From Eledone cirrhosa (Eukaryota): a DNA stretch of 64,000 nucleotides. The position numbers and the translations under genes were made by a program. Within the stretch, counting starts at the first letter, position 1; each line of letters starts with the position of its first letter. The notes under the pieces were generated by a model. That model did not search any database. It had not been told where the DNA came from and saw only the letters and a list, made by a program, of their open reading frames with translations. The stretch lies in contig OZ024743.1 in the NCBI GenBank assembly GCA_964016885.1, forward strand, positions 201,190,001-201,254,000. Direction: 5' to 3'. Of the stretch, positions 12,149 to 23,719 are shown in pieces.

Positions 12149-15100
12149 GATGTGATGGTTATTTGCGAGGCCCGGATCAGCAACGTGCGACAGCTGGCCC
12201 CCACCTTTGATGACTTTGAGATGCACGCATCTCTCTGTCAGCCCGGAGGTGGGGGTGGAGTTGTCGTTCTGCTGCAAAAACATCTGGGTCTCGCAACACA
12301 GATGGTACATTTGGACCCGGAGGGTCGACTAGTGGTTCTGGACCTTGGCAGTGGTAAAGGCGGAGCGTTTAGGTTGGTAGCCGCCTACGGCCCTTTCGGG
12401 TCAATGCGGCCGGACTTCTTCCATCGTCTGGAGACTTTTCTGGGGACGTCCCGCTCCTTGCTATTAGTGGGGGACTGGAATGGTATCCTAGATGCACGCT
12501 GGGACTACGTAGGGGCCTGCCCCGATAGAGAGGGGTGTAATAGCCTCAAAGGGTTAATCGGTCGATTTGACCTGGCCGATAGATATCGACTAGATTTTCC
12601 GACTGCGCCAACCTGGACTTGGGCAAATCGTAGCGGATCATCTAGGTCGTACCTAGATAGGTTCTTAGTTAGAATTAAGGATAAGGACTTTTTAAGTTGT
12701 CCAAAAATGTGCATGGTTGGCTATTCAGACCACAAATTAGTGACCTGCATGGTCAACCTTGACAGAACTCATAGACAGGGCCCCGGTTACTGGAAGCTCA
12801 ACTTGTCCTTGCCGGCAAGTAGAGCCTACAGGAATCGGATTAGTACGTTAGTTAAGGAACGGTTGACTGGAGCGATCGTCAACAGCAGGTGGTGGGTATC
12901 TCTAAAGAGAGAGATTAGAGTAGTCTCGATAGAATTTAGTAAGGTTCTAGCTGCGGATAGGAATAGGAAGGAAAGGGAGCTAATAGATAGAGTAGAAGAG
13001 GCAATTAGAAGCGGCGACGTGGCCAGAGTGCTAGCGTCGAGAACGGCTTTGAGCCAGTTTTTCGACGCGAAGCACGAAGGCTGCGTTGTCCGAAGTAAAA
13101 TACGTGCTCTAGGGAACGAGGGGACCAAAGCTGTTAGCTGGGCCCGCGTGACAGAGGCCAACAGTGGAACTAAATCCACCATCCGGTCTTTGCGAGACCT
13201 GGATGGACGGGCGATTCTTGAGCCTAAGCAGATGTGTGAGGCCTTTCAAAGGCACTTTGCCCGACTGTTCGGGAGGGGCGGGGAGCCGGTTGGGAACGTG
13301 GACTTCGGTCCATACCTCGACGGCCTGCCGCGCCTCTCGGACAGGGAGGCGAAGTCCTGCGAGGAGCCGATTTCGGCCGCTGAGATAGAGGACGTGCTGA
13401 GCCAATGCGGCAAACGCAAATCCCCGGGTCTCGATGGTCTTCCTTACGAATTATATCTAGCTATGCCGGACTTGTTCCCCGATCTCCTCGAGGCGGTCTA
13501 CTGCAACTGGCAACAGAACGGGAGAATTCCCTGTACTGTGACCAAGGGCGTAGTCACGCTAGTGAGGAAGGACGAGAACAAGGGGGACGAAATAAGTAAC
13601 TTCAGGCCCATAACACTGCTAAATACAGAGTTACAGATTTTGGCCAAGGTGCTAGCAAAGAGGTTGGCGCTTGTCGTGGGCAACCTGGTGGGAGATGCGC
13701 AGACATGCGCTATCCCGTCCAGGTCCATCCATGACAACCTCCACCTCATGCGATACATCATAGAGAGGGTTGGGAACGAACCCGGCTTTGGTGGGGCTCT
13801 GATCAACTTGGATCAATCTAAGGCGTTCGATAGGGTCGACCATGGTTACCTGGATGCGGTGCTAGCGGCGGCAGGCTTCGGACCCGTTTTCAGGGGCTGG
13901 ATCACTGCTATGCACAGCAGCCGCATCTGCTCTAGGGTCAAGGTGAACGGCTACCTCTCGGAGCCGTTCCAAATCGCGCGGTCCATCCGACAAGGGTGCC
14001 CTCTCTCCTCCCTTCTGTATGTGTTGACTCTCGAGCCACTACTGCGGAAGTTGGAGTTGTTGCAGGGCATCCCCTTGGAACCGGGATTGCGGAAAGCGGT
14101 GTCGGCCTACGCCGATGACGTGACAGTAATGGTGTCGACGGCCTCCGAAATCGAGGCGGTCGGCACCTTACTGGAGGAGTACGAAAGGTTCACAGGGGCT
14201 AAGCTGAACCGGGACAAGTCGATCGGTTTGCAACTCGGCACGTGGAGGGGCAGACCGATGCCCTCCGATAGCGTCGTCGGACGCTGGACGGAGGGCCCGG
14301 TGAAGTTGCTCGGGGTCTGGTTCGGACCGGACCTCCAGGTGGAGAAAAACTGGGCGGAGGTTACGAACAGGGTGTTTGCACTGACCCAGAAGTGGGCCAG
14401 TTGCAAACTATCCCTGAAAGGTCGGGCGGAAGTGGCGAACACCTACATAGCGTCCGTCATCTACTACCGCCTGACCGTAGTGCCCTGCCCAAGGGAAACC
14501 CTCACCAAGATGGAGCGCGCGCTCTTCCAATTCCTTTGGAAGAGGCGGGCTCCTATGGTGAGGAGATCCATCTGCTGTCAACACCCTTCGAAAGGAGGGC
14601 TGGGGATGCCGTGGCTAATGATGCGTAAACACGCATTAAGGCTACGGCACCTCTACGTATTCCTCACCGGACAACCGGTGTGGGCCTCGTTTGTGAGACG
14701 AACCTTTTCCAGACTCGTCTCACTCACCGAGCTGCAATCCTGGGTCAAGCAAAGACCGAGAAAACTGGGCGCCTGGCACACTGAGTGTGCCCAGGCGCTC
14801 ACCGCCCTCTGGCAGGCGGATCCGGTTATCAGTGGAGACTCCACCGCAACATTCTATAGAGGGCTGGTACGCAGCAGGTGCGACGACGCCCTCGGAGAAG
14901 CCCTAGACATGGAGGAGGACGAACTGGCCGGCCTGTTCGGTAGGACATTCAGCCCAGGACCTATGGACAACTTCCAGAAGTCCCTGGCCTGGCAGTGCTA
15001 CCGAGGGGCTTTACCCGTTCGAGAAAGGCTCTACAGACACGGGCGCCCGGGTAGGGACCCCGCCAAAAAGATCTGTCCCAGATGCGTGTGCGACGAGGAA

Positions 15101-15490
15101 ACCGTTGCACACGCATTGGTACACTGCTCGGGCGTAGCCGATCTGTGGGGCTATGTCGAACAACTGCTGTCAAGGGTGGGACCGATCCGGTTGACCACCG
15201 AGTCTATTGTAATGATCAAGCCGCCTCCCCCCTTCAAAGATGAAGCAGAGGCGGTGTTTCTGTGCGTAATAGCCATGGCGAAAGAGGTTGTATGGTGGAC
15301 GCGTCTGAAAGGACTGAGGTCAGGCACCTTTCTCTCTGGCCAACAACTGGTCCGTTTCTTCCGATATCATTTCGGAAGAAGGATCAGGATGGAGAGAGAG
15401 GTGCTGCACCCCAGCCGTTTCTATGAAAGATGGGTGAAAGTGGCGAGAATGGCCCGTGTGAATGGGCCTTCACTCTACATCAGACTATAG
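12149..15490 (+). CDS. Tx1-like ORF2: APE endonuclease, reverse transcriptase and C-terminal CCHC zinc finger (uninterrupted; lacks about the first 30 codons)
   Basis: Motifs GDWNGILD, SYLDRFLV, SDHKLV; KSPGLDG, FRPITLLN, DQSKAFDRVDH, RQGCPLS, YADD; CPRC...HALVHC. Codons 11750-12148 of the ORF call are flanking low-complexity DNA. Confidence 0.92.
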   Translation, partial: DVMVICEARISNVRQLAPTFDDFEMHASLCQPGGGGGVVVLLQKHLGLATQMVHLDPEGRLVVLDLGSGKGGAFRLVAAYGPFGSMRPDFFHRLETFLGTSRSLLLVGDWNGILDARWDYVGACPDREGCNSLKGLIGRFDLADRYRLDFPTAPTWTWANRSGSSRSYLDRFLVRIKDKDFLSCPKMCMVGYSDHKLVTCMVNLDRTHRQGPGYWKLNLSLPASRAYRNRISTLVKERLTGAIVNSRWWVSLKREIRVVSIEFSKVLAADRNRKERELIDRVEEAIRSGDVARVLASRTALSQFFDAKHEGCVVRSKIRALGNEGTKAVSWARVTEANSGTKSTIRSLRDLDGRAILEPKQMCEAFQRHFARLFGRGGEPVGNVDFGPYLDGLPRLSDREAKSCEEPISAAEIEDVLSQCGKRKSPGLDGLPYELYLAMPDLFPDLLEAVYCNWQQNGRIPCTVTKGVVTLVRKDENKGDEISNFRPITLLNTELQILAKVLAKRLALVVGNLVGDAQTCAIPSRSIHDNLHLMRYIIERVGNEPGFGGALINLDQSKAFDRVDHGYLDAVLAAAGFGPVFRGWITAMHSSRICSRVKVNGYLSEPFQIARSIRQGCPLSSLLYVLTLEPLLRKLELLQGIPLEPGLRKAVSAYADDVTVMVSTASEIEAVGTLLEEYERFTGAKLNRDKSIGLQLGTWRGRPMPSDSVVGRWTEGPVKLLGVWFGPDLQVEKNWAEVTNRVFALTQKWASCKLSLKGRAEVANTYIASVIYYRLTVVPCPRETLTKMERALFQFLWKRRAPMVRRSICCQHPSKGGLGMPWLMMRKHALRLRHLYVFLTGQPVWASFVRRTFSRLVSLTELQSWVKQRPRKLGAWHTECAQALTALWQADPVISGDSTATFYRGLVRSRCDDALGEALDMEEDELAGLFGRTFSPGPMDNFQKSLAWQCYRGALPVRERLYRHGRPGRDPAKKICPRCVCDEETVAHALVHCSGVADLWGYVEQLLSRVGPIRLTTESIVMIKPPPPFKDEAEAVFLCVIAMAKEVVWWTRLKGLRSGTFLSGQQLVRFFRYHFGRRIRMEREVLHPSRFYERWVKVARMARVNGPSLYIRL

Positions 15491-15755
15491 GTGAGGAAGA
15501 TGAAAGACCAAGGGAGCACCCCTTCTCTGTGCTCCTGAGGAGAAGGGTTGCACACTTTTTTCGGGGGTGTGTGCGACCCCCCAAGGCGCCTCCTCTCTAT
15601 TGAGGATTTTGTTAAAAATTTTATTTTTTGTTATATCTTATTTTATTTTTATATTTTGTTATTGCCTCCTCCTTATTGAGGACGCCTTTTTGTGTAAACT
15701 CCCCCCTTTGTACTTGTCCCACTTTTGATGCCCTAGTGGCAAATAAAAGAAACAT
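12149..15755 (+). mobile_element. L1/Tx1-clade LINE copy 1 (5'-truncated at the start of ORF2)
   Basis: ORF2 plus 3' UTR with AATAAA at 15742; (TATC)n on both sides. Confidence 0.95.
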
Positions 15756-15782
15756 ATCTATCTATCTATCTATCAAGTATCT

Positions 15783-16336
15783 GTAATGATCAAGCTGCCT
15801 CCCCCCTTCAAAGATGAAGGAGAGGCGGTGTTTCTGTGCGTAATAGCCATGGTGAAAGAAGTTGTATGGTGGACGCGTCTGAAAGGACTAAGGTCAGGCA
15901 CCTTTCTCTCTGGCCAACAACTGGTCCGTTTCTTCCGATATCATTTCGGAAGAAGGATCAGGATGGAGAGAGAGGTGCTCCACCCCAGTGGTTTTTATGA
16001 AAGGTGGGTGAAAGTGGCGAGAATGGCCCGTGTGAATGGGCCTTCTCTTTACATAAGCCTGTAGGTGGAAAAGAGGAAGGAACGAGGGAGCACCCCCTCT
16101 CTGTGCTCCTGAGGAAAAGGGTTGCACACTTTTTTCGGGGGTGTGTGCGACCCCCCCCCCCCCAAGGCGCCTCCTCTCTATTGAGGATTTTGTTATAAAT
16201 TTTATTTTTTGTTATATTTTATTTTATTTTTATACTTTGTTATTGCCTCCTCCTTATTGAGGACGCCTTTTTGTGTAAACTTCCCCCTTTGTACTTGTCC
16301 CACTTTTGATGCCCTGGTGGCAAATAAAAGAAACAT
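15783..16336 (+). mobile_element. Tx1 copy 2, short 3' fragment
   Basis: Highly similar to 15209-15755; TSD atctatcaagtatct at 15768-15782 and 16337-16351. Confidence 0.93.
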
Positions 16337-16354
16337 ATCTATCAAGTATCTACT

Positions 16355-19295
16355 TATCGACTAGATTTTCCGACTGCGCCAACCTGAACTTGGGCAAACC
16401 GCAGCGGATCATCTAGGTCGTACCTAGAAAGGGTCCTAGTTAGAAATAAGGATAGGGACCTTTTAAGCTGTCCAAAGATGCTGATGGTTGGCTATTCAGA
16501 TCACAAATTAGTGACCTGCATACTCAACCTTGATAGAACCCATAGACAGGGACCCGGTTACTGGAAACTGAACTTGTCCCTACCGGCAAGTAACGTGTAC
16601 AGGGACCGGATTAGTACTTTAGTTAAGGAGCGGTTGACGGGAGCGATCGTCAACAGCAGGTGGTGGGGATCTTTCAAAAGAGAGATTAGAGTAGTTTCAA
16701 TAGGATTTAGTAAGGAGTTAGCCTCAGATAGAAATAAGAAGGAAAGGGAGTTGGTAGATAGTGTAGAAAAGGCAATTAGAAGCGGCGACGTGGCCAGAGT
16801 GCTAGCGTCGGGAACGGCCTTGGGCCAGTTCTTTGACACGAAGCACGAAGGCTGCGTTGTCCGAAGCAAAATACGTGCTCTAGGAAACGAGGAAACCAAA
16901 GCTGTTAGCTGGGCCCACGTGACAGAAGCCAAAAGAGGGATTAGATCCACTATCCGGTCTTTGTGAGACCAGGATGGACGGGTGATCCTTGAACCTAAGC
17001 AGATGTGTGAGACCTTTCAAAGGCACTTTACCTGATTGTTCGGGAGATGCGGGGGGCCGGATGGAGATGTGGACTTCGGTCCATACCTCGAAGGCTTGCT
17101 GCGTCTTTCGGACGAGGAGGCGAAGTCCTGCGTGGGGTCGATTTCAGCTGCTGAGATAGAGGACGTGCTGAGCCGATGCGGCAAACGCAAATCGCCGGGT
17201 CTCGATGGTCTTCCATACGAACTATATCTAGCTATGCCGGACTTGTTCCTCGATCTCCTCGAGGTGGTCTACTGCAACTGGCAACAGAACGGGAGAATTC
17301 CCTGTTCTGTGACCAAAGGCGTAGTCTCGCTAATGAGGAAGGACGAGAACAAGGGGGACAAAATAAGTAATTTCAGGCCCATAAATCTGCTAAATGCAGA
17401 GTTAAAGATTTTGGCCAAGGTGTTAGCAAAGAGGTTGGCGCTTGTCGTAGGCAACCTGGTGGGAGATGCACAGACATGTGCTATCCAATCCAGTCCATCC
17501 ACGACAACCTCTACTTTATGCGATACATTATAGAGAGGGTTGGGAATGAACCTGGCTTTGGTGGGGCCTTGATCAACTTGGATCAATCTAAGGCGTTCGA
17601 TAGGGTCAACCATGGTTACCTGGATGTGGTGCTAGCGGCGGCAGGTTTCAGACCCGTTTTCAGGGACTGGATCACTGCCATGCACAGCAGCCACATCTGC
17701 TCTAGAGTCAAGGTGAACGGCTACCTCTCAGAACCGTTCGAAATCACACGGTCCATCCGACAAGAGTGCCCTCTCTCCTCCCTTCTGTATGTATTGGCCC
17801 TCGAGCCACTGCTGCAGAATTTGGAGTTGTTGCAGGGCATCCCTTTGGAACTGGGATTGCGGAAAGCGGTGTCGGCCTACGCCGATGACGTAACAGTAAT
17901 GGTGTCGACCGCCTCGGAAATCGGGGTGATCGGCATCTTACTGGAGGAGTACGAAAGATTTACAGGGGCTAAGCTGAACCGGAACAAGTTGATCGGGTTG
18001 TAACTCGGCACATGGAGGGGCAAATTGATGCCCTCCGATTGCGTCGTCGGACACTGGACGGAGGGCCCGGTGAAGTTACTCGGGGTATGGTTCAGACCAG
18101 ACCTCCAGGTGGAGAAGAACTGGCGTGAGGTAACGAACAGGGTGTTTGCACTAACCCAGAAGTGGGCCGAGTGCAAACTATCCCTAAAAGGTCGGGCGGA
18201 GGTGGCGAACACTTATATAGCGTCCGTCATCTACTACCGCCTGGCCATCATGCCTTGCCCAAGGGAAACGCTCACCAAAATGGAGCGCGCACTCTTCCAA
18301 TTCCTTTGGAAGAAGCAGGCCCCTTTGGTGAGGAGATCCATCTGCTGTCAACACCCTTCAAAAGGAGGGCTGGGGATGCCGTGGCTGCTGATGCATAAAC
18401 ATGCATTAAGGCTACAGCACCTCCAGGTATTCCCTCACCGGTCAACCGGTGTGGGCCCCGTTTGTGAGACGAACCTTTCCGAGTGTGCCCAGGCGCTCAT
18501 GGCTCTCTGGCAGGCAGACCTGGCTATCAGTGGAGACTCCACCTCGACATTCTATAGAGGGCTGGTATGCAGCAGGTGTGATGACACCCTCGAAGAAGCC
18601 CTAGGCATGTAGGAAGATGAACTGGCCAGCCTGTTCGGTAGGACATTTAGCCCGGGTCCCATGGACAACTTCCTGAGGTACCTGACCTGGCAGACACGGG
18701 CGCCGGCGAGAGACCCCTCGAAAAAGATCTGTCCCAGATGCGTGCGCGACGAGGAAACCGTCGCGTATGCATTGGTACACTGCCCAGGCGTCGCCGATCT
18801 GTGGGGCTATGTGGAATGACTACTGTCACGGGTGGAACCTATCCAGTTGACCACCGAGTCCATTATAACGATCAAGCCGCCTCCCCGCTTCAAAAATGAA
18901 GGACAGGCGGTGTTTCTGTGCGTAATAGCCATGGTGAAAGAGGTTGTATGGTGGATGTGTTTGAAAGGACTGAGGTCAGACACCTTTCTCTCTGGCCAAC
19001 AATTGGTCCTTTTCTTCCGATATCATTTCAGAAGAAGGATCAGGATGGAGAGAGAGGTGCTCCACCCCAGCCAGTTTTATGAAAGGTGAGTGAAAGTGAC
19101 GAGAATGGCCCGTGTGAATGGGCCATCTCTCTATATCAGCCTGTAGGGGAAAAAGATGGAAGAACAAGGGAGCACTCTCTCTCTGTGCTCCTGAGGAGAA
19201 GGGTTGCACACTTTTTCGGGGAGGGTGTGCGACCCCCAAAAACGCCTTCTCCCAATTGAGGACTTTTGCGCCCTCGTGGCAATCAATAGAAACAT
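16355..19295 (+). pseudogene. Tx1 copy 3, degenerate ORF2 (stops, frameshifts, internal deletions)
   Basis: ORF fragments 16478-19089 are collinear with copy 1; TSD tatctacttatc at 16347-16358 and 19295-19306. Confidence 0.92.
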
Positions 19296-19317
19296 ATCTA
19301 CTTATCTATCTATCTAT

Positions 19318-20302
19318 GGGAGCCTGGGTGCCTGGCACCTCAAGTGCCTACAGGCGCTCACAGCCCTCTACCAAGCAGAAATGGCAATCAGCGGAGACTC
19401 CACTTCGACATTCTATAGGGGATTAGTAGAGGATAGGTGCGATGACATTCTCGGGGAAACTCTAGGCATCGAGGAGGACGAACTGACCTGTCTGTTTGGG
19501 AGGACTTTCCATCCAGGGCCTATGGATAACTTCCAGAGGTCTCTGGCCTGGCAGTGCTACCGAGGAGCTCTACCAGTTCGAGATAAAATCTACAGGCACG
19601 GACGCCCTGGCAGAGATCCTGCCAAAAGGACCTGTCCAAGATGCAAACAGGACATCGAAACCATTCTGCACGCAATTGTTCAGTGCCCAGGAGTGACTGA
19701 CCTGTGGAATTATGTTGAACAGCTACTGTCACATGTGGGACACATCCAGTTGTCAGCCGAGTCCATCGTGAGGATCAACCCGCCGCCTTCATTTAAGAAT
19801 AAAGGAGAGGCGGTTTTCCTCTGTCTGGTGTCTATGGTGAAAGACGTAATATGGTGGACGAGGTTAAAAGGACTGAGGGCAAACACCTTTCTCTCCGGAC
19901 AACAACTTATCCCCTTCTTTAAGTACCACTTCAGAAGGAAGGTGAGAGTGAAGAGAGAGGTGCTACACCTCAGTAAATTCGCTGAAAGGTGGGTGAATGT
20001 GGCAAAAATGGCCCCGAGTGAATGGGCCTTCTCTGTATATAAACCTGTTGGTTGAGGAAGATAAACAGAGGGAAGACAGGAACACCTACAAAACGTGTTC
20101 CTTTTGTTGAGGGTTGTTCTATCCACGGGGTGTAAAACAACCCTGCAGTAACGTTCCCTCCTATTGGGGATTTCAATTGTTACTTTATTATATATAGTTT
20201 ATTGTTATTTATTAATGTTAAAGTTATTTTTATGTAAAACCCCCGCCGTCACGTCTTGTAATGTTCGATTTTTGTACGCCCCTGTGGCAAATAAAGAAAG
20301 AT
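19318..20302 (+). mobile_element. Tx1 copy 4, diverged subfamily, 3' fragment
   Basis: C-terminal domain (MDNFQRSLAWQCYRG, CPRC...HAIVQC), a different 3' UTR, ends aataaagaaagat(atct)n. Confidence 0.9.
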
Positions 20303-20454
20303 ATCTATCTATCCATTTAACTACCTATCTACATATCCACTGTCTTATCTATTTGTCTGACAGTCTATCTGTCTAGATATCTGTTTTTATGTATTTATCT
20401 GCCTATCTATCAACCTGCCTGACTGTCTGCTTACACACACACACACACATACAT

Positions 20455-20487
<33 letters not shown>

Positions 20488-20646
20488 GTTTAACGTCCGT
20501 GTTCCACGCTTGCATGGGTTTGGACGGAGGTTTTCCCACTTGAGGCAAAAGTGATTGTCTTGCTCGCATAGGACTGTCTGGCGGGTTTTCTACAGCTGGA
20601 TGCCCTTCCTAACACCAACCACATTTACAGTGTGGGGCTGGGAGGT
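20455..20646 (-). mobile_element. RTE 3' UTR fragment
   Basis: Matches 33260-33445. Confidence 0.88.
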
Positions 20647-20754
20647 ATATATATATATATTCAAAATAGGGGGCACACAGGACAAAGACAATGGAAAAAA
20701 ACAACAACAGAAGATGGACAGTCCTATTACCTCAATCAACCTCTGGAAATCACT

Positions 20755-21142
20755 AAAAAAGTCTAAAGTCTGTCTTAAGCCAGAAGGCTAAGGACGCCAG
20801 TCCATCGCAGGGTTAAACCTCCAGCTATTGCCGGTACTCATTTTTAGCTGAGTATACTGGAACAACGTGAAATGAAGTGTCTTGCCCAAGAACACAACAC
20901 GCAACCCAGGAATCAAACCCACTACATTATGATCGTAAGTCCAACACTCTTACCACTAGGCCACGTGCCTCCACAAAAATGTCTAAAATCTGTCTTAAGC
21001 CAGAAGGCTCATTTGGCCGGTGCTTATAACGGTTTCATGGCATGAAGCGACTGAGAGTACAAGACGTCCCCCCAGGACAGGACGCCAGTCCATCGCAGGG
21101 TTAAACCTCCAGCTATTGCTTGGTACTCATTTTCAGCTGCTG
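20755..21142 (-). mobile_element. tRNA-derived SINE pieces with an internal tandem duplication
   Basis: Head gtggaggcacgtggcctagtgg on the minus strand; gtctaaa.tctgtcttaagccagaaggct and ggacgccagtccatcgcagggttaaacc each occur twice. Confidence 0.75.
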
Positions 21143-21599
21143 GAAATCACTACAGTTATATATATATATATAGAGAGAGAGAGAGAAAAGGTGGAATTGG
21201 AAATAGCACAGAAAATATATTTAAGGATCTGATTTTCTTTTTTTCTTCTTTGATTTGTTAAAGTGACATTATTGAAAAAAATGAGAGGGACAATTCTTTT
21301 AAAAAAGGGTTTTATAATGTTTATAAAATGTATAACATATAACCGGTGTTGATGTATCAGTGAAATCCATCTTATCAAATATTGAGTATTACAATTAAAG
21401 AGAATTAAAAAGAATTAAAAACTAAAGATTTAAAATTAAGTGTTGAGGCAGTTTCTTCATCTTTCTTATAACAGTCTATGTATATCCATCTAATACATCT
21501 ATCTATCTATTGATATTTACAATAGAGCAGCAGACCACCTAGTACATGCCTGCCTGTCATCTTGTCACCCTATCAGACTGTCAGGCCAACAGTCTATCA

Positions 21600-22215
21600 G
21601 CCAACCAGACAAGCAGCCATCCAACTTGCCAGCCAGTGAGCCAGCCAGCGAGTAAGCCAGCCATCCAACCCGAAAGTCGTCCAACCTGCCAGCCAGCTAA
21701 CCAGCCAGGGAGTAAGCTAGCCAGCCATCCAACCTGACAGCCGTCCAACCTGCCAGCCAGCTAACCAGCCAGGGAGTAAGCTAGCCAGCCATCCAACCTG
21801 ACAGCCATCCAACCTGCCATCCAACCTGCCAGCCAGCTAGACAGCCAGCGAGCTAGCCAGCCATCCATCCAAACTGTCAACCAGCTAACCAGCCAGCGAG
21901 CTAGCCAGCCATCCATCCAAACTGTCAACCAGCTAACCAGCCAGCGAGTTATCCAGCCAGCCATCCAACCTGCCAGCCAGCTAACCAGCCAGCGAGTAAG
22001 CTAGCCAGCCATCCAACCAGCCAGCCATCCAACCAGCCAGCCATCCAACCTGCCAGCCATCCAACCTGCCAGCCAGCTAACCAGCCAGCGAGCTAGCCAG
22101 CCAGCCATCCAAACTGTCAACCAGCCAGCCATCCAACCTGCCAGCCAGCTAGACAGCCAGCCAGCCAGCCAGTGAGCCAGCCAGCTAGACAGCCAGCCAG
22201 CCAGCCAGCCAGCCA
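21600..22215. repeat. (CCAG/CCAT/CTAG)-derived tandem array
   Basis: Direct 4-bp periodicity with longer subunits. Confidence 0.92.
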
Positions 22216-22550
22216 ACAAATCTATCCCAGTATGTTTTGTGTGATAAACACCTAGAAAAGTGCAGCTGAGAGCAACGGAGTGCAGTGGGGTGATGCAAAA
22301 CAGTGCAGTACAGTGCAAAAAAAAATGAGGCACATATTTAGAGTGGGTCAGAGAAGCAGGTGCAAAACAACATAAACAACAACAGCATTACAATAACAAC
22401 AAGAAGAACACACCCCAAAATATCAACAAAAACCAGAAGCAAAGATGCATGAAAAGAGATAATCACTCACAGAACTTAGCTCCATACTGCCAATATCCAG
22501 CTGTCAGTCTGGCTATAGGAATATATATATATATATATATATATACTATA

Positions 22551-22629
22551 CAGGGTGTCCTCCAAAAATGTATACATATAATTATTAGAATGCTGGAGAA
22601 GTGTGTATACATTTTGGGGGAAAACCCTG
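22551..22629. mobile_element. Tiny Tc1/mariner-type MITE (79 bp)
   Basis: cagggtgtcctccaaaaatgtataca / tgtatacattttgggggaaaaccctg with TA on both sides. Confidence 0.75.
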
Positions 22630-22799
22630 TATATATATATACACACACACATACATACATATACACATATGCACACACGCATATATAATATATATATATA
22701 TGTATATACGCACACACCACACACACACACATATATATATTTACACCTATATTTACACATATACACACACATACACACACACACATATATATATATGTA

Positions 22800-22968
22800 T
22801 AACTTTCCAGGGATAACTTAAACCATTAAGGTATATTATCCTTGGTCATATAAAACATTTTGTATTTTATCTGATGATAGCGTACCAACATTTTTGGTAC
22901 CCTTGAAATATATATAATAGAATAAATATGGTTTTATAAATATAGTTTCCATTTATTTAATATTATTG
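22800..22968 (+). mobile_element. PLE pLTR fragment (family of 1-248 and 40325-44769) with a hammerhead motif at 22863-22924
   Basis: tattttat-CTGATGA(22871-22877)-gtaccaa/ttggtac-GAAA(22905-22908)-tatata-TA-atagaata, followed by the shared ggttttataaatatagtttccatttatttaat. Confidence 0.8.
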
Positions 22969-22991
22969 TATATATATATATATATATATAT

Positions 22992-23183
22992 AATGAAGGA
23001 AGTATGGTAAGGAACCAGATGGACCATAACGCCGCACCAGAGTACGTAATATTTAGGGTAGTAGAGTGGGTAATAGGAAAATGTTTAACCCCGATGGCAG
23101 AGCTCAAGCCGTTTCGACGGCTATTTCAGTCCAGAAATAGCCGTCGAAACAGCTTGAGTTCTGCCGTCGGGGTTAAACATTTT

Positions 23184-23188
<5 letters not shown>
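22992..23188. mobile_element. Hairpin mini-element: 80-bp tail plus 55-bp arms (23073-23127 / 23134-23188), 6-nt loop
   Basis: Near-perfect palindrome between (TA)n tracts; relatives at 2213 and 45521. Confidence 0.75.
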
Positions 23189-23249
<61 letters not shown>

Positions 23250-23719
23250 TAATAATGAGTATAACCGAAGTTACAATTCCTCTATAGCAAATATATATAT
23301 GTATATATATGTGTGTGTGTATATATATATATATACACATGCACAAATATATATACACACACACATATATTTGCCTGTGTGTGTGTATTCCAGAAACTTT
23401 AGCATTCTTCACCAATTAGCCTGAGGTTGAATACATTGTTTATCCTAGTTTGGGACAAGAAAGAAAGTGGGGGTGGGCTGCAGAGTAGTGTTGGTGTTGT
23501 AGATGATGATGCTGTTGTGATCTTTACCATTTTTGTTTTGGCTTGTTTCCTTTGTCACTAAGTTGTTGTTTTCATTGTTGCTATTGTCATTGCTATTTTG
23601 TTGTTGTTGTTGTGATTGCTGTTATTATTGTTATTGTTGTTGCTATTGATATTGTTGTTGCATTTGCTGTAGCTTTTGCTGTTGTGTGTGTTTGATCTTA
23701 TGTATATATATATCATCAT

